From positions 1,119-65,118 of the forward strand of contig JAKBAA010000006.1 of assembly GCA_021809425.1 (NCBI GenBank): a stretch of 64,000 bases of DNA, given 5' to 3'. The stretch comes from Actinomycetes bacterium (GTDB lineage Bacteria; Actinomycetota; Acidimicrobiia; Acidimicrobiales; Bog-793). Numbering within the stretch: position 1 is the first letter of the stretch; every line of letters starts with the position of its first letter. Below the pieces are notes generated by a model, which saw only the letters and a program-made list of their open reading frames with translations, was not told the origin of the DNA and did no database searches. Positions 1 to 9,979 of the stretch are shown here, piece after piece. The position numbers and the translations under genes were made by a program.

Positions 1-903
1 CGAGGACCGCACCCTCGCCGCCGACGCCTCGGTGAGGTAGCCGGCGGGGAAGAGCATGTCGGGGGGCATTCGCAGCAGGGTGTTGAACAGGTAGTCGACG
101 TGCGGTCGCGCCCCGGCACGGGCCGCCTCGTCGGTCTCGGCGAGGTAGATCGGGACCGACCAGCCGAGCTGCTCGGGGTCGGCGGCATAGCCGTGCCGCT
201 CGGTCGCCTCCTTGAACGAGGCGAAGATGCGCCGGAGCGACTCGAGGTCGGTGAAGGTCTGCAGGTAGGTGTAGCGGCGCTCGGCGGCCCACTCGATCGT
301 CTCGCCGCTGCCCTGCGACGGGCTCCAGATCGGCGGGTGGGGCTGCTGGATCGGCCGGGGCCAGGGGTTGACGTAACGGAGCTTGTAGTGCTCCCCATAC
401 CACTCGAAGGGTCCCGGCTCGGTCCAGGCCCGCACGATCAGGTCGTGGGCCTCGTGGAACCGGTCCCGGGACGAGGCCGGGTCGAGGGCGAAGGTGTGGT
501 ACTCCGAGCCGATCCCCCGCACGAACCCGCTGACGATCCGGCCGTTCGAGAGCACGTCGAGCATGGCGACCTCCTCGGCGACCCGCAACGGGTGATCGCG
601 CAGCGCGATGGCGTTGCCGAGGAGGGCGATCGTGCCCCGCGTGCGCCCGATGAGGGTGGCGGCGACCAGGTTCGGCGCGGGCATGAGCCCGTAGGCGGTC
701 TGGTGGTGCTCGTTGACGCAGACCCCGTCGAAGCCGGCCTGGTCGTAGGCGACCAGCTCGGACAGGTAGCGCTCGTAGAGCTCCCGTCCCCGGACGGGGT
801 CGTACTCCTTGTTGCTGAGGGTCACCCACGACGCCGCCCCGCTGTCGCGGTGGGCCTCGTCGAGGTAGGGCCAGGGCATGAGATGGAACCCGTAGAAGCG
901 CAT
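1..903 (-). CDS. LLM-class (luciferase-like) flavin-dependent oxidoreductase, 3' end outside window
   Basis: Manual reverse-strand translation from ATG at 903: MRFYGFHLMPWP...GFDGVCVNEHHQTAYGLMP...HPLRVAEEVAMLDVLSNGR...PRPIQQPHPPIW, typical LLM motifs. Absent from the ORF track because it runs off the window edge. Confidence 0.9.
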   Translation of the reverse strand, partial: MRFYGFHLMPWPYLDEAHRDSGAASWVTLSNKEYDPVRGRELYERYLSELVAYDQAGFDGVCVNEHHQTAYGLMPAPNLVAATLIGRTRGTIALLGNAIALRDHPLRVAEEVAMLDVLSNGRIVSGFVRGIGSEYHTFALDPASSRDRFHEAHDLIVRAWTEPGPFEWYGEHYKLRYVNPWPRPIQQPHPPIWSPSQGSGETIEWAAERRYTYLQTFTDLESLRRIFASFKEATERHGYAADPEQLGWSVPIYLAETDEAARAGARPHVDYLFNTLLRMPPDMLFPAGYLTEASAARVRSS

Positions 904-1706
904 CACGCCACGCCCCACGTGCGCGCCGCCAGGAAGGGGGCGATCTCGGCGCGGACCGCCTCGGGAGCCTCGAGGTGGGGCAGGTGGCCGGTGCCGGCGA
1001 TCGTGACGGTCCGGGCCTTCCCGATCCCCCCGGCGTACCGCTCGGCGGTCCGGCTCGACACCACCCGGTCGTCGGCGCCCCAGACCACCAGGGTCGGTGC
1101 CGCGATCCGGTGGAGCCGGTGACCGAGGCCGGGGTCGTGCAGGTACGGGTTCCAGCCGAGGTGGGCCATGGCCGCCCGGTTCCGGAGGTAGCGGGCGTGC
1201 AGCTCGAGGTCGCCGGCGAGGCGCTCGGCGGCGAGGACCGCCTGCTCCACGGCGGAGGGCGTGTGGTACAGGGCCGTCGCCGCCTGGACCGGGTCGAGGA
1301 GGAAGAGGTCCGTCTCGTGGCCGCCCGGCGGCCGGAGACCGAGGGCCCCCACGAGCGCGAGCCGCTCGACTCGGCCGGGCTCGATCGTGGCGAGATCGGC
1401 CGCCAACCAGCCGCCGAGCCCAGCGCCCACCACGCTCGCCCGCTCGAGCGCCAGGGCGTCCATCACGTCGAGCATGAAGAAGGCCAGGTCGTGCACGCTC
1501 GAGCAGCCCGGGCGCTCGGCGCTCCCGTTGAAGCCTGCCAGGTCCGGGCGGACGACGGCGAAGCTGGCCGAGAGCCCCTCGAGCACGGCCGGCCACTCGC
1601 CGAGATCCTCCTCGTCGTGCAAGTACAGCAGTGGCGAGCCCTCGCCATCTGCGAGAACGCGGACGGCGCTGCCGCGCACGTCGACGACCTGCTCGGTGAC
1701 GGGCAA
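903..1706 (-). CDS. alpha/beta fold hydrolase
   Basis: Has WGADDRVV and GHLPHLE motifs. The nucleophile elbow reads GAGLGG, lacking the usual Ser. Stop overlaps the LLM start (TGATG). Confidence 0.85.
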   Translation of the reverse strand: MPVTEQVVDVRGSAVRVLADGEGSPLLYLHDEEDLGEWPAVLEGLSASFAVVRPDLAGFNGSAERPGCSSVHDLAFFMLDVMDALALERASVVGAGLGGWLAADLATIEPGRVERLALVGALGLRPPGGHETDLFLLDPVQAATALYHTPSAVEQAVLAAERLAGDLELHARYLRNRAAMAHLGWNPYLHDPGLGHRLHRIAAPTLVVWGADDRVVSSRTAERYAGGIGKARTVTIAGTGHLPHLEAPEAVRAEIAPFLAARTWGVA

Positions 1707-1901
1707 CAGCCGCTCCCCCTTCCGGCGTCAGCCTCCGCTTGGCCTTCCACTGGCGAGACGTGCCGCCAGGTGGACCGAGCCGATGATAGGCGAGCCGGAG
1801 CGCGACAAGCGCCTTAAGAATGGGCAGGCTGCCCGATGCGGGAGCGGCCGCCACCTCCGTACGTTCGCACTAGCGCTGCACGCGGGCGAAAGGGGCAGGT
1901 G

Positions 1902-2384
1902 ATGGATTGGAGCAAGCTCACCAAGCTCGACTACTGGGCGGCTGGCCTGGCGCTCGCGCTGGCGGTCGACCTGTTGGCCTTGCCCTGGGTCGACGTGTCG
2001 GTCGGGCCCTACTCGTACTCGAGCGCCGGCACCGGCAGCCCGGACGGCTTCCTCGGCGTGCTGGCACTTCTCGTGGCCCTCGCCGTCGCGGCCGACGTGG
2101 TGCTGGCGCGCCTGGCGCCGTCGGTGCGGGTGGCCGCGCTCGAGGCGTTCGGGCGCGGGCGCGCCCGGCTCCTTGCCGCAACCGGTGCGGCCGCGCTCGT
2201 CGTGCTGAAGCTACTCCTCCACCCGCACCCGAGCTACCTCGGCGCCGGCTGCTGGACGGCGCTCGTGCTCGCCGCCGGCCTCGTCGTCACGACCGCCCGC
2301 CTGCGGGTGCCGTCCGAGACGGTCGGTGCGCGTGGTGCGGGTGCCGGGACGACCACCCCGCGGGCTCCCGGCACGGGTGCCTGA
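1902..2384 (+). CDS. small membrane protein (about 4 TM helices), unknown function
   Basis: ATG at 1902 after AAAGGGG; four hydrophobic segments. Confidence 0.7.
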   Translation: MDWSKLTKLDYWAAGLALALAVDLLALPWVDVSVGPYSYSSAGTGSPDGFLGVLALLVALAVAADVVLARLAPSVRVAALEAFGRGRARLLAATGAAALVVLKLLLHPHPSYLGAGCWTALVLAAGLVVTTARLRVPSETVGARGAGAGTTTPRAPGTGA

Positions 2385-2555
2385 ACGCCGGTGGCCGCCG
2401 AGCGCCCGGGCCCCGGCCGCCCGCGGCACAACGTCGAGAGGATCGCCGAGGCGGCTGGACAGGCGGGGACCCGAACGAGGACCGCGGTCGTCGACAGGTC
2501 GGGTCGGCTCGGGCCACGGCGCCACGAGGGTGGGTCGTCGATCGAGGAGGTAGCG

Positions 2556-3107
2556 ATGGATCACGAGGTCGGCAAGCGTTTCGTCCGTACCTGCGCCCTG
2601 GGCGTGGTCGCAGCGACGGGTCTCGTCGCCTCGGCTGCCGCGGCGCCGCTCGCGGGGGCCATGCAGACGCCGATGCGCCAGCCCAGCTGCTCCTGGCCGG
2701 TCTCGAGCGGGCAGATCGACGCGACCCTCGGCGTGCACGTGACGAGCTCGGGCAAGGGCATGCAGTTCGCCGAGCCCGTGCCCACCGGCACCGTCCGCTG
2801 GACCATGTGCGTCTACTACGCCGACGGCGGCACCAAGGCCGGCGCGGCCGGCGACGTCTTCCTCGAGTACTTCGGCGGGGTGGGGACCCACCAGATGTTC
2901 ATGTTCCTCGAGAGCGGGTTCACCCAGTCGAAGCACATCCAGCACGTGACGACGGTGCACGGGATGGGCTCCGAGGCGTTCTACGCGATCGCCTCGCACC
3001 AGACGTATCTGATGGTGCACGTGGGCGCAACCATGTTCATCGTGGTCGCAGCGCGCCCACCGGCGAAGGTGCTCGGTCTCGGCCGGATCGTCGCCCGAGC
3101 GCTGTAG
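2556..3107 (+). CDS. secreted hypothetical protein
   Basis: GAGGAGG RBS before ATG 2556; signal-peptide-like N-terminus; two Cys in the mature part. Confidence 0.7.
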   Translation: MDHEVGKRFVRTCALGVVAATGLVASAAAAPLAGAMQTPMRQPSCSWPVSSGQIDATLGVHVTSSGKGMQFAEPVPTGTVRWTMCVYYADGGTKAGAAGDVFLEYFGGVGTHQMFMFLESGFTQSKHIQHVTTVHGMGSEAFYAIASHQTYLMVHVGATMFIVVAARPPAKVLGLGRIVARAL

Positions 3108-3270
3108 GGCGGGCCCGCGTCCTGTGGACCGCGGGACTCGCCGAGGGTGCGTCCCCGAGGCACCTGTGAAGCATCTATGACGACGTGGTGAGGAGTCGGT
3201 GATGGCCGCGCCGTGCCCGCTTCGCAGGGGTGCCGGCGTCTTACACTCCGCGCGCGAGGAGTGCACCGAT

Positions 3271-3326
3271 CCGTCATCCATCATGGGTCATCCGCCGTCC
3301 GTCGTCCGCCATCCGTCACCGGTCAG
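3271..3326. repeat. degenerate 7-bp tandem repeat (CCGTCAT-like x8), intergenic
   Basis: ccgtcat ccatcat gggtcat ccgccgt ccgtcgt ccgccat ccgtcac cggtcag. Confidence 0.6.
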
Positions 3327-3451
3327 GCGGCCGAGCGGTGGTGGGTGGGCCGGGCACAAGGGGGGGCGATGACCGCCACGACGGCGTTGGCGAGGGTGGC
3401 CCGCATCGTGCCGCTCGTGCCGTCGCCGTCCTCCCACCGCGGCGGGAGCTG

Positions 3452-5863
3452 ATGGGCCCCGTCGTGGCGCACCACCGGGTCGGGCGGCGGGCGCGGCGGG
3501 CGCGCCGGGCGCGTGGCCGTGTGGCTGGGCTCGCTGGCGCGCTCGCCATCGCCGTCGTCGTGCTCGTCCTCGTCGTGCTCGCCCTCGCCGGCCCGGCCGC
3601 CGTGGCGAGCCCGCGACCGGCGCGTGCCACCGGGGAGGCGCCCTCGCTCGGGCCGGCAGCGCGCGGCCTGATCGCCTTCCGGGACGCCGCCGGGATCGGG
3701 GTGCTCGACCCGGTGACGGGGCGGCAGCGCCTCCTGCTCGCCGTGCCGAGCGCCTGCACGGCCACCGCTGGGCTCGGGGGCGTCCCCGCCGTCGATCTGG
3801 CGGGCCCCGTCTGGGCACCTTCGACCGGCGCGGGGGCGCGCCTGTTGTTCTGGCTGACCGACTGGCAGTACCACGCCAGCCCCGGTTGCGACCTTCCGCT
3901 CCCGCCGAGCTTCGTGCGCGTGGGTGCACCGATCCTCGTGGAGGCGGACCCCTTCACGGGCACGCTCGCCGCCGTCGCCGCCGCACCCACGGGGCTTCCC
4001 TGCCAACCCGGCGCCGACGTCGCCGCCGTGCCCGGTGCGATCGCCTTCACCGACGGGGGGTGCGACGAGCCCACCGTCGAGGCCCTCGCGCTCCCCCTGC
4101 GCCCGGGCGCGCAGCCCGTGACCGCGGTGCTGCCGCCCGACCGGGCGGCGTCCTGCGGGTGCCAGACGGTCGACGCCCTCCTCGGGCCGGGCCCCGCAGG
4201 CCGGCTCCTCTACAAGCAGGTGCACGTCGGGTCGCCGGGCGCGCCGCCGCCGTCGCTCGGGTGGTGGAGCCCGACCGGGCGGGTCGCCGGGCTCCTCACG
4301 CCGGCGCCACCCCGCGTGCTGTGGAGCCACCTCGCCGATTCGGCCGCCTCCCCGAGCGGCCGCCTCGAGGCCTTTGCCGCCGGTGCCGCCGGTGCCGGCG
4401 TGCTCGACCTGGCCACCGGGGCGTGGGCGCCGATGCCGCTGCCGGCGTGTGGGCGTCACTGCGGCGGCGCCGTCGCCGTGTCGTTCTCGCCGGGCGGCGG
4501 CCGGCTGGCGGTGGCCTCGAGCGGCGACCTCGTCGTCGACCCGGCGACGGGCAAGGGCTCCCCCGCGGTCCTCCTCGGAGGGGCGGGGGTGGCGGACGCC
4601 AGCTGGTCGGGGCCCATTGGCGTCTCGCTCGCCACGACGCCCCCCGTGCCGCTGGCGCGGGCGCTCGGGTCGCTGTTCGCGTCGTTCGCCAAGTGGTGGG
4701 GATCGGGGCTCACGGCGACGTGGCGCGTGGACCCGGCGGCGATGGCCGCCCCCGCCGTCTCGGTCGTCTCGCTCCCCGGTCCGGCGAGCGCCCTCGTCAT
4801 GGTCTCCGAGGACGTCGCCCTCGCTGCCGGCGGGGGGAAGACGTGGCGCAGCACCGACGGCGGCCGGACGTGGGCCACGGTGACCGCCCACTGCGCCCAG
4901 CTCCCGATGGCCGGCTCGGACGTCCCCCCGTGCGACATCGCGCGGATGGCCGCCTTGCCGGGAGGGGTGGTGCTGGCGGCCGGTGGACCGGCGTTCGGAC
5001 CAGCCGGCGGGTCGACGGGCATCTGGCGCTCGACGGACACCGGGCTGCGATGGCAGCGCCAGCCGTTCAAGGGAAGCGTCATCGAGGGAGGGCCGTGGGC
5101 GGCCGGATCGACGGCCTACCTGCTCACCGCGGCCGCCCTGCCGAACGGCCAGCCTGTCCCCACCGCTGCCAGCCTGTCCCTGCTCGCCTCCACCGACGCG
5201 GGCCGGACCTGGCGCACGGTCCTCGCCGTCCCGCGGCGCGACCCCTCGAAGGGTGCGACGGCCGCGCGGTTCGACCGCTTCTTCGTCCTCGGCCCGGGGC
5301 GCTTCGCCGAGCTGTACGAGGCTGGCGACTGCTCGCTGCCCACCGACCTGCGGCTGAGCACCGACGGCGGGCGGACGTGGCTGCACGCGTCGCCGCCCGT
5401 CCCCCTCGAGCCCGCCGCCCTCCTCGAGACGCTCCCGGGGCGCCTCGTGCTCGGCAGTCGCTTCTGCAGCGCGGCGGCCCCTTCCTATGGGGAAGGGATC
5501 TTCACCCACCCCGCCGGCGCTCCCGGGTCCTGGTCCCCGGCCCGGCTGCCCCCCCCGTACCTCGACCGCTACGGGCTCGGGCCGGGCAGCCGCTTTCCTG
5601 CCTCGGCGCCGGGCGTCGACCCGCTGTCGGTGGCGGCGATCGCCTTCCCGAACGGGGCCGACGGCATCGCCGTCGGCTCCGCCGTGACGACGAGCACGGA
5701 CCGCTACGGCGACCCGCAGGCCGATCCGACGGTGACGGCGAGCGAGAGCCTCGTCCTCGTGAGCCACGACGGCGGGACCACCTGGTCGGACGAGTCGTTG
5801 CCGGGTAGCGGGCTCGAGCTGCTCGCCTGCGCGGGCCCGGGACACTGCCTGGCCGCGGGGTAG
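3452..5863 (+). CDS. secreted/membrane-anchored Asp-box (BNR) repeat beta-propeller protein
   Basis: Arg-rich N-terminus plus TM/signal segment; Asp boxes RSTDGGRTW, RSTDTGLRW, ASTDAGRTW, LSTDGGRTW, VSHDGGTTW. Confidence 0.8.
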   Translation: MGPVVAHHRVGRRARRARRARGRVAGLAGALAIAVVVLVLVVLALAGPAAVASPRPARATGEAPSLGPAARGLIAFRDAAGIGVLDPVTGRQRLLLAVPSACTATAGLGGVPAVDLAGPVWAPSTGAGARLLFWLTDWQYHASPGCDLPLPPSFVRVGAPILVEADPFTGTLAAVAAAPTGLPCQPGADVAAVPGAIAFTDGGCDEPTVEALALPLRPGAQPVTAVLPPDRAASCGCQTVDALLGPGPAGRLLYKQVHVGSPGAPPPSLGWWSPTGRVAGLLTPAPPRVLWSHLADSAASPSGRLEAFAAGAAGAGVLDLATGAWAPMPLPACGRHCGGAVAVSFSPGGGRLAVASSGDLVVDPATGKGSPAVLLGGAGVADASWSGPIGVSLATTPPVPLARALGSLFASFAKWWGSGLTATWRVDPAAMAAPAVSVVSLPGPASALVMVSEDVALAAGGGKTWRSTDGGRTWATVTAHCAQLPMAGSDVPPCDIARMAALPGGVVLAAGGPAFGPAGGSTGIWRSTDTGLRWQRQPFKGSVIEGGPWAAGSTAYLLTAAALPNGQPVPTAASLSLLASTDAGRTWRTVLAVPRRDPSKGATAARFDRFFVLGPGRFAELYEAGDCSLPTDLRLSTDGGRTWLHASPPVPLEPAALLETLPGRLVLGSRFCSAAAPSYGEGIFTHPAGAPGSWSPARLPPPYLDRYGLGPGSRFPASAPGVDPLSVAAIAFPNGADGIAVGSAVTTSTDRYGDPQADPTVTASESLVLVSHDGGTTWSDESLPGSGLELLACAGPGHCLAAG

Positions 5864-5872
5864 CGGCGCTTC

Positions 5873-7774
5873 CTACGGGGACGCGACGACGGGGGGGCAG
5901 GCGGGCTCGGTGACCTCGACCTTGGTCGCGACGCCCCCCGCCGCGGCCGTGGCCAGGCACGGCCCGAGGCTCACGGTGCTCGCCAAGGCGCCGCCGGGCG
6001 AGAGCCGGTAGAGGGCGCGGGCTCGGTAGGGCGTGGCACAGGCGTTGCAGGCGTCGTTGAGCGGGAGCTGGAGCCACAGCTCCTCGGTGCCGTTCGGAAG
6101 CGACCGGGCCGCCTCGAGGTCGGGGGGATAGAACACGAAGAGCGGGTTGAAGCCCGGGCGGTAGCCTCCGGCCAGGCGGTAGGCGCGCTGGAGGGTCGCG
6201 TAGGCGGGGGTCGTGAGCGACGGCAACGGCGGGCGTAGGTCGGAGGGCCGGCCGTTGAGGAGGATCCAGCCGAAGCAGCCGCAGTCCATCGGGAACTCCG
6301 AGAGGGTGTAGCCGATGTCGACCCTACCGGTGTCGAGGAAGCGGATCAGGTAGGTGCGGGTGGCCTCGAAGAAGGCGACGGCGGCGGCGGAGGCTCCGTG
6401 GGCGGCCATGTAGCGGGCCACGCAGGCCTGGACCGCGGCCGCCGAGGCCGTCGCCGCGAAGCACAGCTGGGAGACCGCGACCTGGCCGCCCCTCGTCGCG
6501 TCCGGCCACACGGCGCTCGGACCGGTGCGCCCGCCGGCGGACGGGGCGGCCGACGTGGTGATCGGGACCACCGACCACGTGCGGCCGCCGTCGTGGGTCA
6601 TGAGGAGCCGGTCGGGCGACGGACCCGTCGTCGGGCGCCCGTCGACGACGACGCCCACCGAGGGGCTGACGAAGGAGAGCCCCGACAGCCCGGCACCGCC
6701 GTCGTCGAGGGTCGTGACCGCCCAGTGCCGCCCGGCGTCGGCGGAGCGGTCGAGGAACCCCGCACCCGAGCTGGCAGCGAGCACGAGCAGTGAGGGGCTC
6801 GGTGCCGCGAACGCCTGGGTAAGCCCTTCGAGCGGGGCGGTGCCGACGGGACGGGTGGAGATCCCGCCGTCGGTCGACTCGAGCACCTGCTTCTCCTCCT
6901 GGCCGGCACCGGGGTTCCCTGCGCACAGCTCGAAGAGGGTGGAGCCCCCCGGGGAGGCCAGCTCGGCGAGGTCGATCGCCCAGGACGGCCGATAGCAGGG
7001 GTCGGGCATCCGACTCCACGACGTGCCCGCATCGGTGGTGCGCCAGATCGTCACCGCGGCGAGCGGACGCCGCGGCCACATCGCCACCCAGCCGGTTGCT
7101 CCGCCGAAGAGGAGCCGGGCGTCGGAGAAGCCGCCGATGCCGGTCACGACCTGCCAGGTGCTCGTGCCGACCCGGGCGCGCTCGAGGCGGAGGGAGGGCG
7201 CAAGGCAGCCGGGGTTCATCGACCAGCAGCTGGCGACGACGGCCCAGGCGGTGCCGGCGTCCACGGCGACGTCCAGCACCGGCCCCCCCGGGTGCAATGC
7301 CTGCCAGTGGCCCGGGCCGGCGGTGGTGGCCCACAGCCCGGGCCCGTAGGCGTAGTCGCTCGCCCTGGTGAACAGGACCGTGCCGACGGCGTCCGCCGGG
7401 ACGGCGGACGTCCCGGTGGGTGGGCTGGCGACGGGCGCCGGCGGGGCCGGCTCGCTGGTCCAGCTCCTTCCGCCGTCGGACGTGGCGGCAAGGGCGGCAC
7501 AGGTCCCCGTCGCGCACGGCGTCGCGCCGAGCACGAGTCCCTCGGTGGCCGACACGAAGCTCGCCGACAGTGGCGCGAAGCGCGCCGAGGCGCCCTGTGC
7601 CGGCCCGGCAGGCGATGCCGAGCCCCCCGACGCCCCGGCTGCGGGAAGGCGGACGACGACAAGGGCTGCGACGAGAAGCAGGGCTGCGACGACGGCGGGG
7701 CCTGCAGCGCCGACGGGGGCTGCAGCGCCGAGGCGCCCCCTCACGGCTCGGCCCCGTGCGCACCCGGTGCTCAT
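5873..7774 (-). CDS. secreted Asp-box (BNR) repeat protein with Cys-rich C-terminal domain
   Basis: ATG at 7774 after AGGGGG; signal-like segment; Asp boxes ATSDGGRSW, RTTDAGTSW, RSADAGRHW, MTHDGGRTW; C-terminal DCGC and CNAC. Confidence 0.8.
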   Translation of the reverse strand: MSTGCARGRAVRGRLGAAAPVGAAGPAVVAALLLVAALVVVRLPAAGASGGSASPAGPAQGASARFAPLSASFVSATEGLVLGATPCATGTCAALAATSDGGRSWTSEPAPPAPVASPPTGTSAVPADAVGTVLFTRASDYAYGPGLWATTAGPGHWQALHPGGPVLDVAVDAGTAWAVVASCWSMNPGCLAPSLRLERARVGTSTWQVVTGIGGFSDARLLFGGATGWVAMWPRRPLAAVTIWRTTDAGTSWSRMPDPCYRPSWAIDLAELASPGGSTLFELCAGNPGAGQEEKQVLESTDGGISTRPVGTAPLEGLTQAFAAPSPSLLVLAASSGAGFLDRSADAGRHWAVTTLDDGGAGLSGLSFVSPSVGVVVDGRPTTGPSPDRLLMTHDGGRTWSVVPITTSAAPSAGGRTGPSAVWPDATRGGQVAVSQLCFAATASAAAVQACVARYMAAHGASAAAVAFFEATRTYLIRFLDTGRVDIGYTLSEFPMDCGCFGWILLNGRPSDLRPPLPSLTTPAYATLQRAYRLAGGYRPGFNPLFVFYPPDLEAARSLPNGTEELWLQLPLNDACNACATPYRARALYRLSPGGALASTVSLGPCLATAAAGGVATKVEVTEPACPPVVASP

Positions 7775-8029
7775 GTCGCTGCCCCCTTGCGCAAACACGG
7801 CATTGACCGATCTCACGATACCCGTTCGACGACACGGTGGCGCATCTGCTCGTCGCCGGCACCCTGGAGCTGCGACGCACGGAGATCTTGCACTTGTGGA
7901 GCGCCGAGGCCGCCGCCGCACCCGCACGCGCCGCGAGGCGGGTGATCGCGGACAGCGACGCACTCGCCCGGCGCCTCGATCAGGCGGCACGCAATCGTCG
8001 AGCTCCTGCGGCGTCGCCGTTGCGTGCTG

Positions 8030-8995
8030 TCACCTCCAGAGCCGGCCCATCCACTTGAGCTGCTCGGCTCGATGGAACGCCTGGCCACCTTCGTGCCCGT
8101 TGAAGGGATACTCGATGATCTGCTTCGGGCCGCCGTAGCGGTTGTAGGCGGCGTAGACGGTCGACGGCGGGCAGATGTCGTCCATCAGCGCAACGGAGAA
8201 CAGCGCGGGAGCGCGAGCCTGCGCGGCCAGGGCAGCCGCGTCGAAGTAGGCCAGCGTCTCGAACACGGCGTCGACGTGGTCGCGGTGCACCTTGAGGTAG
8301 CGAACGAGCTCGCCGTAGGGATCGCTCTCCACGATCTCGGTCGCACGCCGGAAGTCGCACAGGAACGGCACGTCCACGAGCACACCGCAGACGTCCCCGG
8401 CCAGCGCGGCGACGGCGAGCGCGATGCCGCCACCCTGGCTGGCGCCGGCGATCGCCACGCGGTCGCTCCGTACCATCGGATGCGACCGGGCTGCCTCGAC
8501 GGCGAGGACGGCGTCGGTGTAGACGCGCCGGTAGTAGTAGTCGGCCGGGCTCAGGATGCCTCGGGTCATGAAGCCCGGATACGCCGGGGCGGCGCCCGCC
8601 GGGTCCGGGGTGTCGCCCGTCGCCCATGCCGATCCCTGCCCGCGGGTGTCCATCCGCAAGGTCGCGTAGCCGGCGAGGGTGAAGTGGTCGACCTCGACCG
8701 GGAGGCCCCGACCCCCGCCGTAGCCCTGGAACGTGACGACCGCCGGGAGCGGCTCGGTGCTCGTGGCCGGCAGCTGCAGCCAGGCGCGGATGTCGTCGCC
8801 TCGGAACCCGGAGAAGGTGACGTCGTAGGTGTCGACCAGCGTGAGGCCCGTCTCCACCCGCTCGAACCGGGGTGGGGCGGCGCAGGAACGGCTCTCCCCG
8901 AGCGTGGCCGTCCAGAAATCCGTGGCGTCGGGAGGAACGCGAAACTCCGGCGCGTACGCGCGGAGCTCCTCCTTCGGCATGTCGAGGTACGGCAA
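8030..8995 (-). CDS. acetylxylan esterase / cephalosporin-C deacetylase (CE7)
   Basis: RGQ motif, GASQGG nucleophile, DDICPPST, NGHEGG. Confidence 0.9.
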   Translation of the reverse strand: MPYLDMPKEELRAYAPEFRVPPDATDFWTATLGESRSCAAPPRFERVETGLTLVDTYDVTFSGFRGDDIRAWLQLPATSTEPLPAVVTFQGYGGGRGLPVEVDHFTLAGYATLRMDTRGQGSAWATGDTPDPAGAAPAYPGFMTRGILSPADYYYRRVYTDAVLAVEAARSHPMVRSDRVAIAGASQGGGIALAVAALAGDVCGVLVDVPFLCDFRRATEIVESDPYGELVRYLKVHRDHVDAVFETLAYFDAAALAAQARAPALFSVALMDDICPPSTVYAAYNRYGGPKQIIEYPFNGHEGGQAFHRAEQLKWMGRLWR

Positions 8996-9005
8996 CGCTT
9001 CCCCC

Positions 9006-9968
9006 TCAGTCTGCGGTGACGACGACGTCGCCCGAAGCGGTCACCTCGACCGGCAGCGGCCCGGTCAGCTCTCCGACGAAGCCGTGATCGCTCACCTCAC
9101 GGAAGGCGACGAACCCGTACTTGTCCGTGTCGGTCGGCACGAGCTTCCCGGCGTAGAGGGTCTCCCCGGGTACCGCGGCGACCGGGCGATCGCTCGGCCG
9201 CAGCACTCCGCTCCCCGACCGCCCGACGAAGGCGAACGTCCCCGTCGCCCGGCAGGAGTTGCCGAGCCGCTCGCGACGCTCGGCGGAATGGTCCTCCGTC
9301 CGGCAGGAGAAGAGGACGACGCTCCAACCGTCCACCTCGGAGAGCTGGGGAACCTCCACCTGGGCGAAGTCGCCCGGTTCGGTGATCGGGGGCAGGACCT
9401 CCCAGTCGACGAGGTCACGCGAGCGCGCGTGCGCGATCACCCCGGCGCCGTCGGCGGGGCCTTCCGGGGAGCGGGCGGTGATGAGCGCGTGCACCTCCTC
9501 CTCGCCGGGGACGCGGAACAGGAAGGGATCGCGCCAGGACTGGTCGCGCCAGCGCCCCTGGGGGAGCTGCTCGTACCAGCGGGGGTCGGCCTCGAGGACC
9601 GGGTTGGCGCCGTGGCGTCTCCAGGTGAGCAGGTCTTCCGAGGTCGCAAGCCCGATCCGCTGCACGAGTCCCTGCTCGGCCCGGTGGATGCCCGTGTAGA
9701 GCATGTGCCAGCGACCTTCGTGGCGCAGGACGCTCCCGGTCCAGACGGCGAGGTCGTCCCACGCCCCCTGTTCCCCCGGGTGCAGGGCATCGGAGAGCAC
9801 GCGCCACTCGCGAAACTCGCGCGTCACGGCGTGGCCGATCGTGGCGTGGTGATGGCGCAGCTCGGGATCACCGAGGTCTCGTGGGGCCTGGAGGTAGAAG
9901 ACGTGGTGCTCGCCGGCATCCTCCGCGAGCCAGAAGTCCCACACCCACCTGTCCGGAAGCGCAAACAT
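9006..9968 (-). CDS. five-bladed beta-propeller glycoside hydrolase (GH32/GH68-like, beta-fructofuranosidase clan)
   Basis: ATG at 9968; WVWDFW, WTGS, WRDP and QVEVPQ motifs. Confidence 0.85.
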   Translation of the reverse strand: MFALPDRWVWDFWLAEDAGEHHVFYLQAPRDLGDPELRHHHATIGHAVTREFREWRVLSDALHPGEQGAWDDLAVWTGSVLRHEGRWHMLYTGIHRAEQGLVQRIGLATSEDLLTWRRHGANPVLEADPRWYEQLPQGRWRDQSWRDPFLFRVPGEEEVHALITARSPEGPADGAGVIAHARSRDLVDWEVLPPITEPGDFAQVEVPQLSEVDGWSVVLFSCRTEDHSAERRERLGNSCRATGTFAFVGRSGSGVLRPSDRPVAAVPGETLYAGKLVPTDTDKYGFVAFREVSDHGFVGELTGPLPVEVTASGDVVVTAD

Positions 9969-9979
9969 GCCGGCGATCC

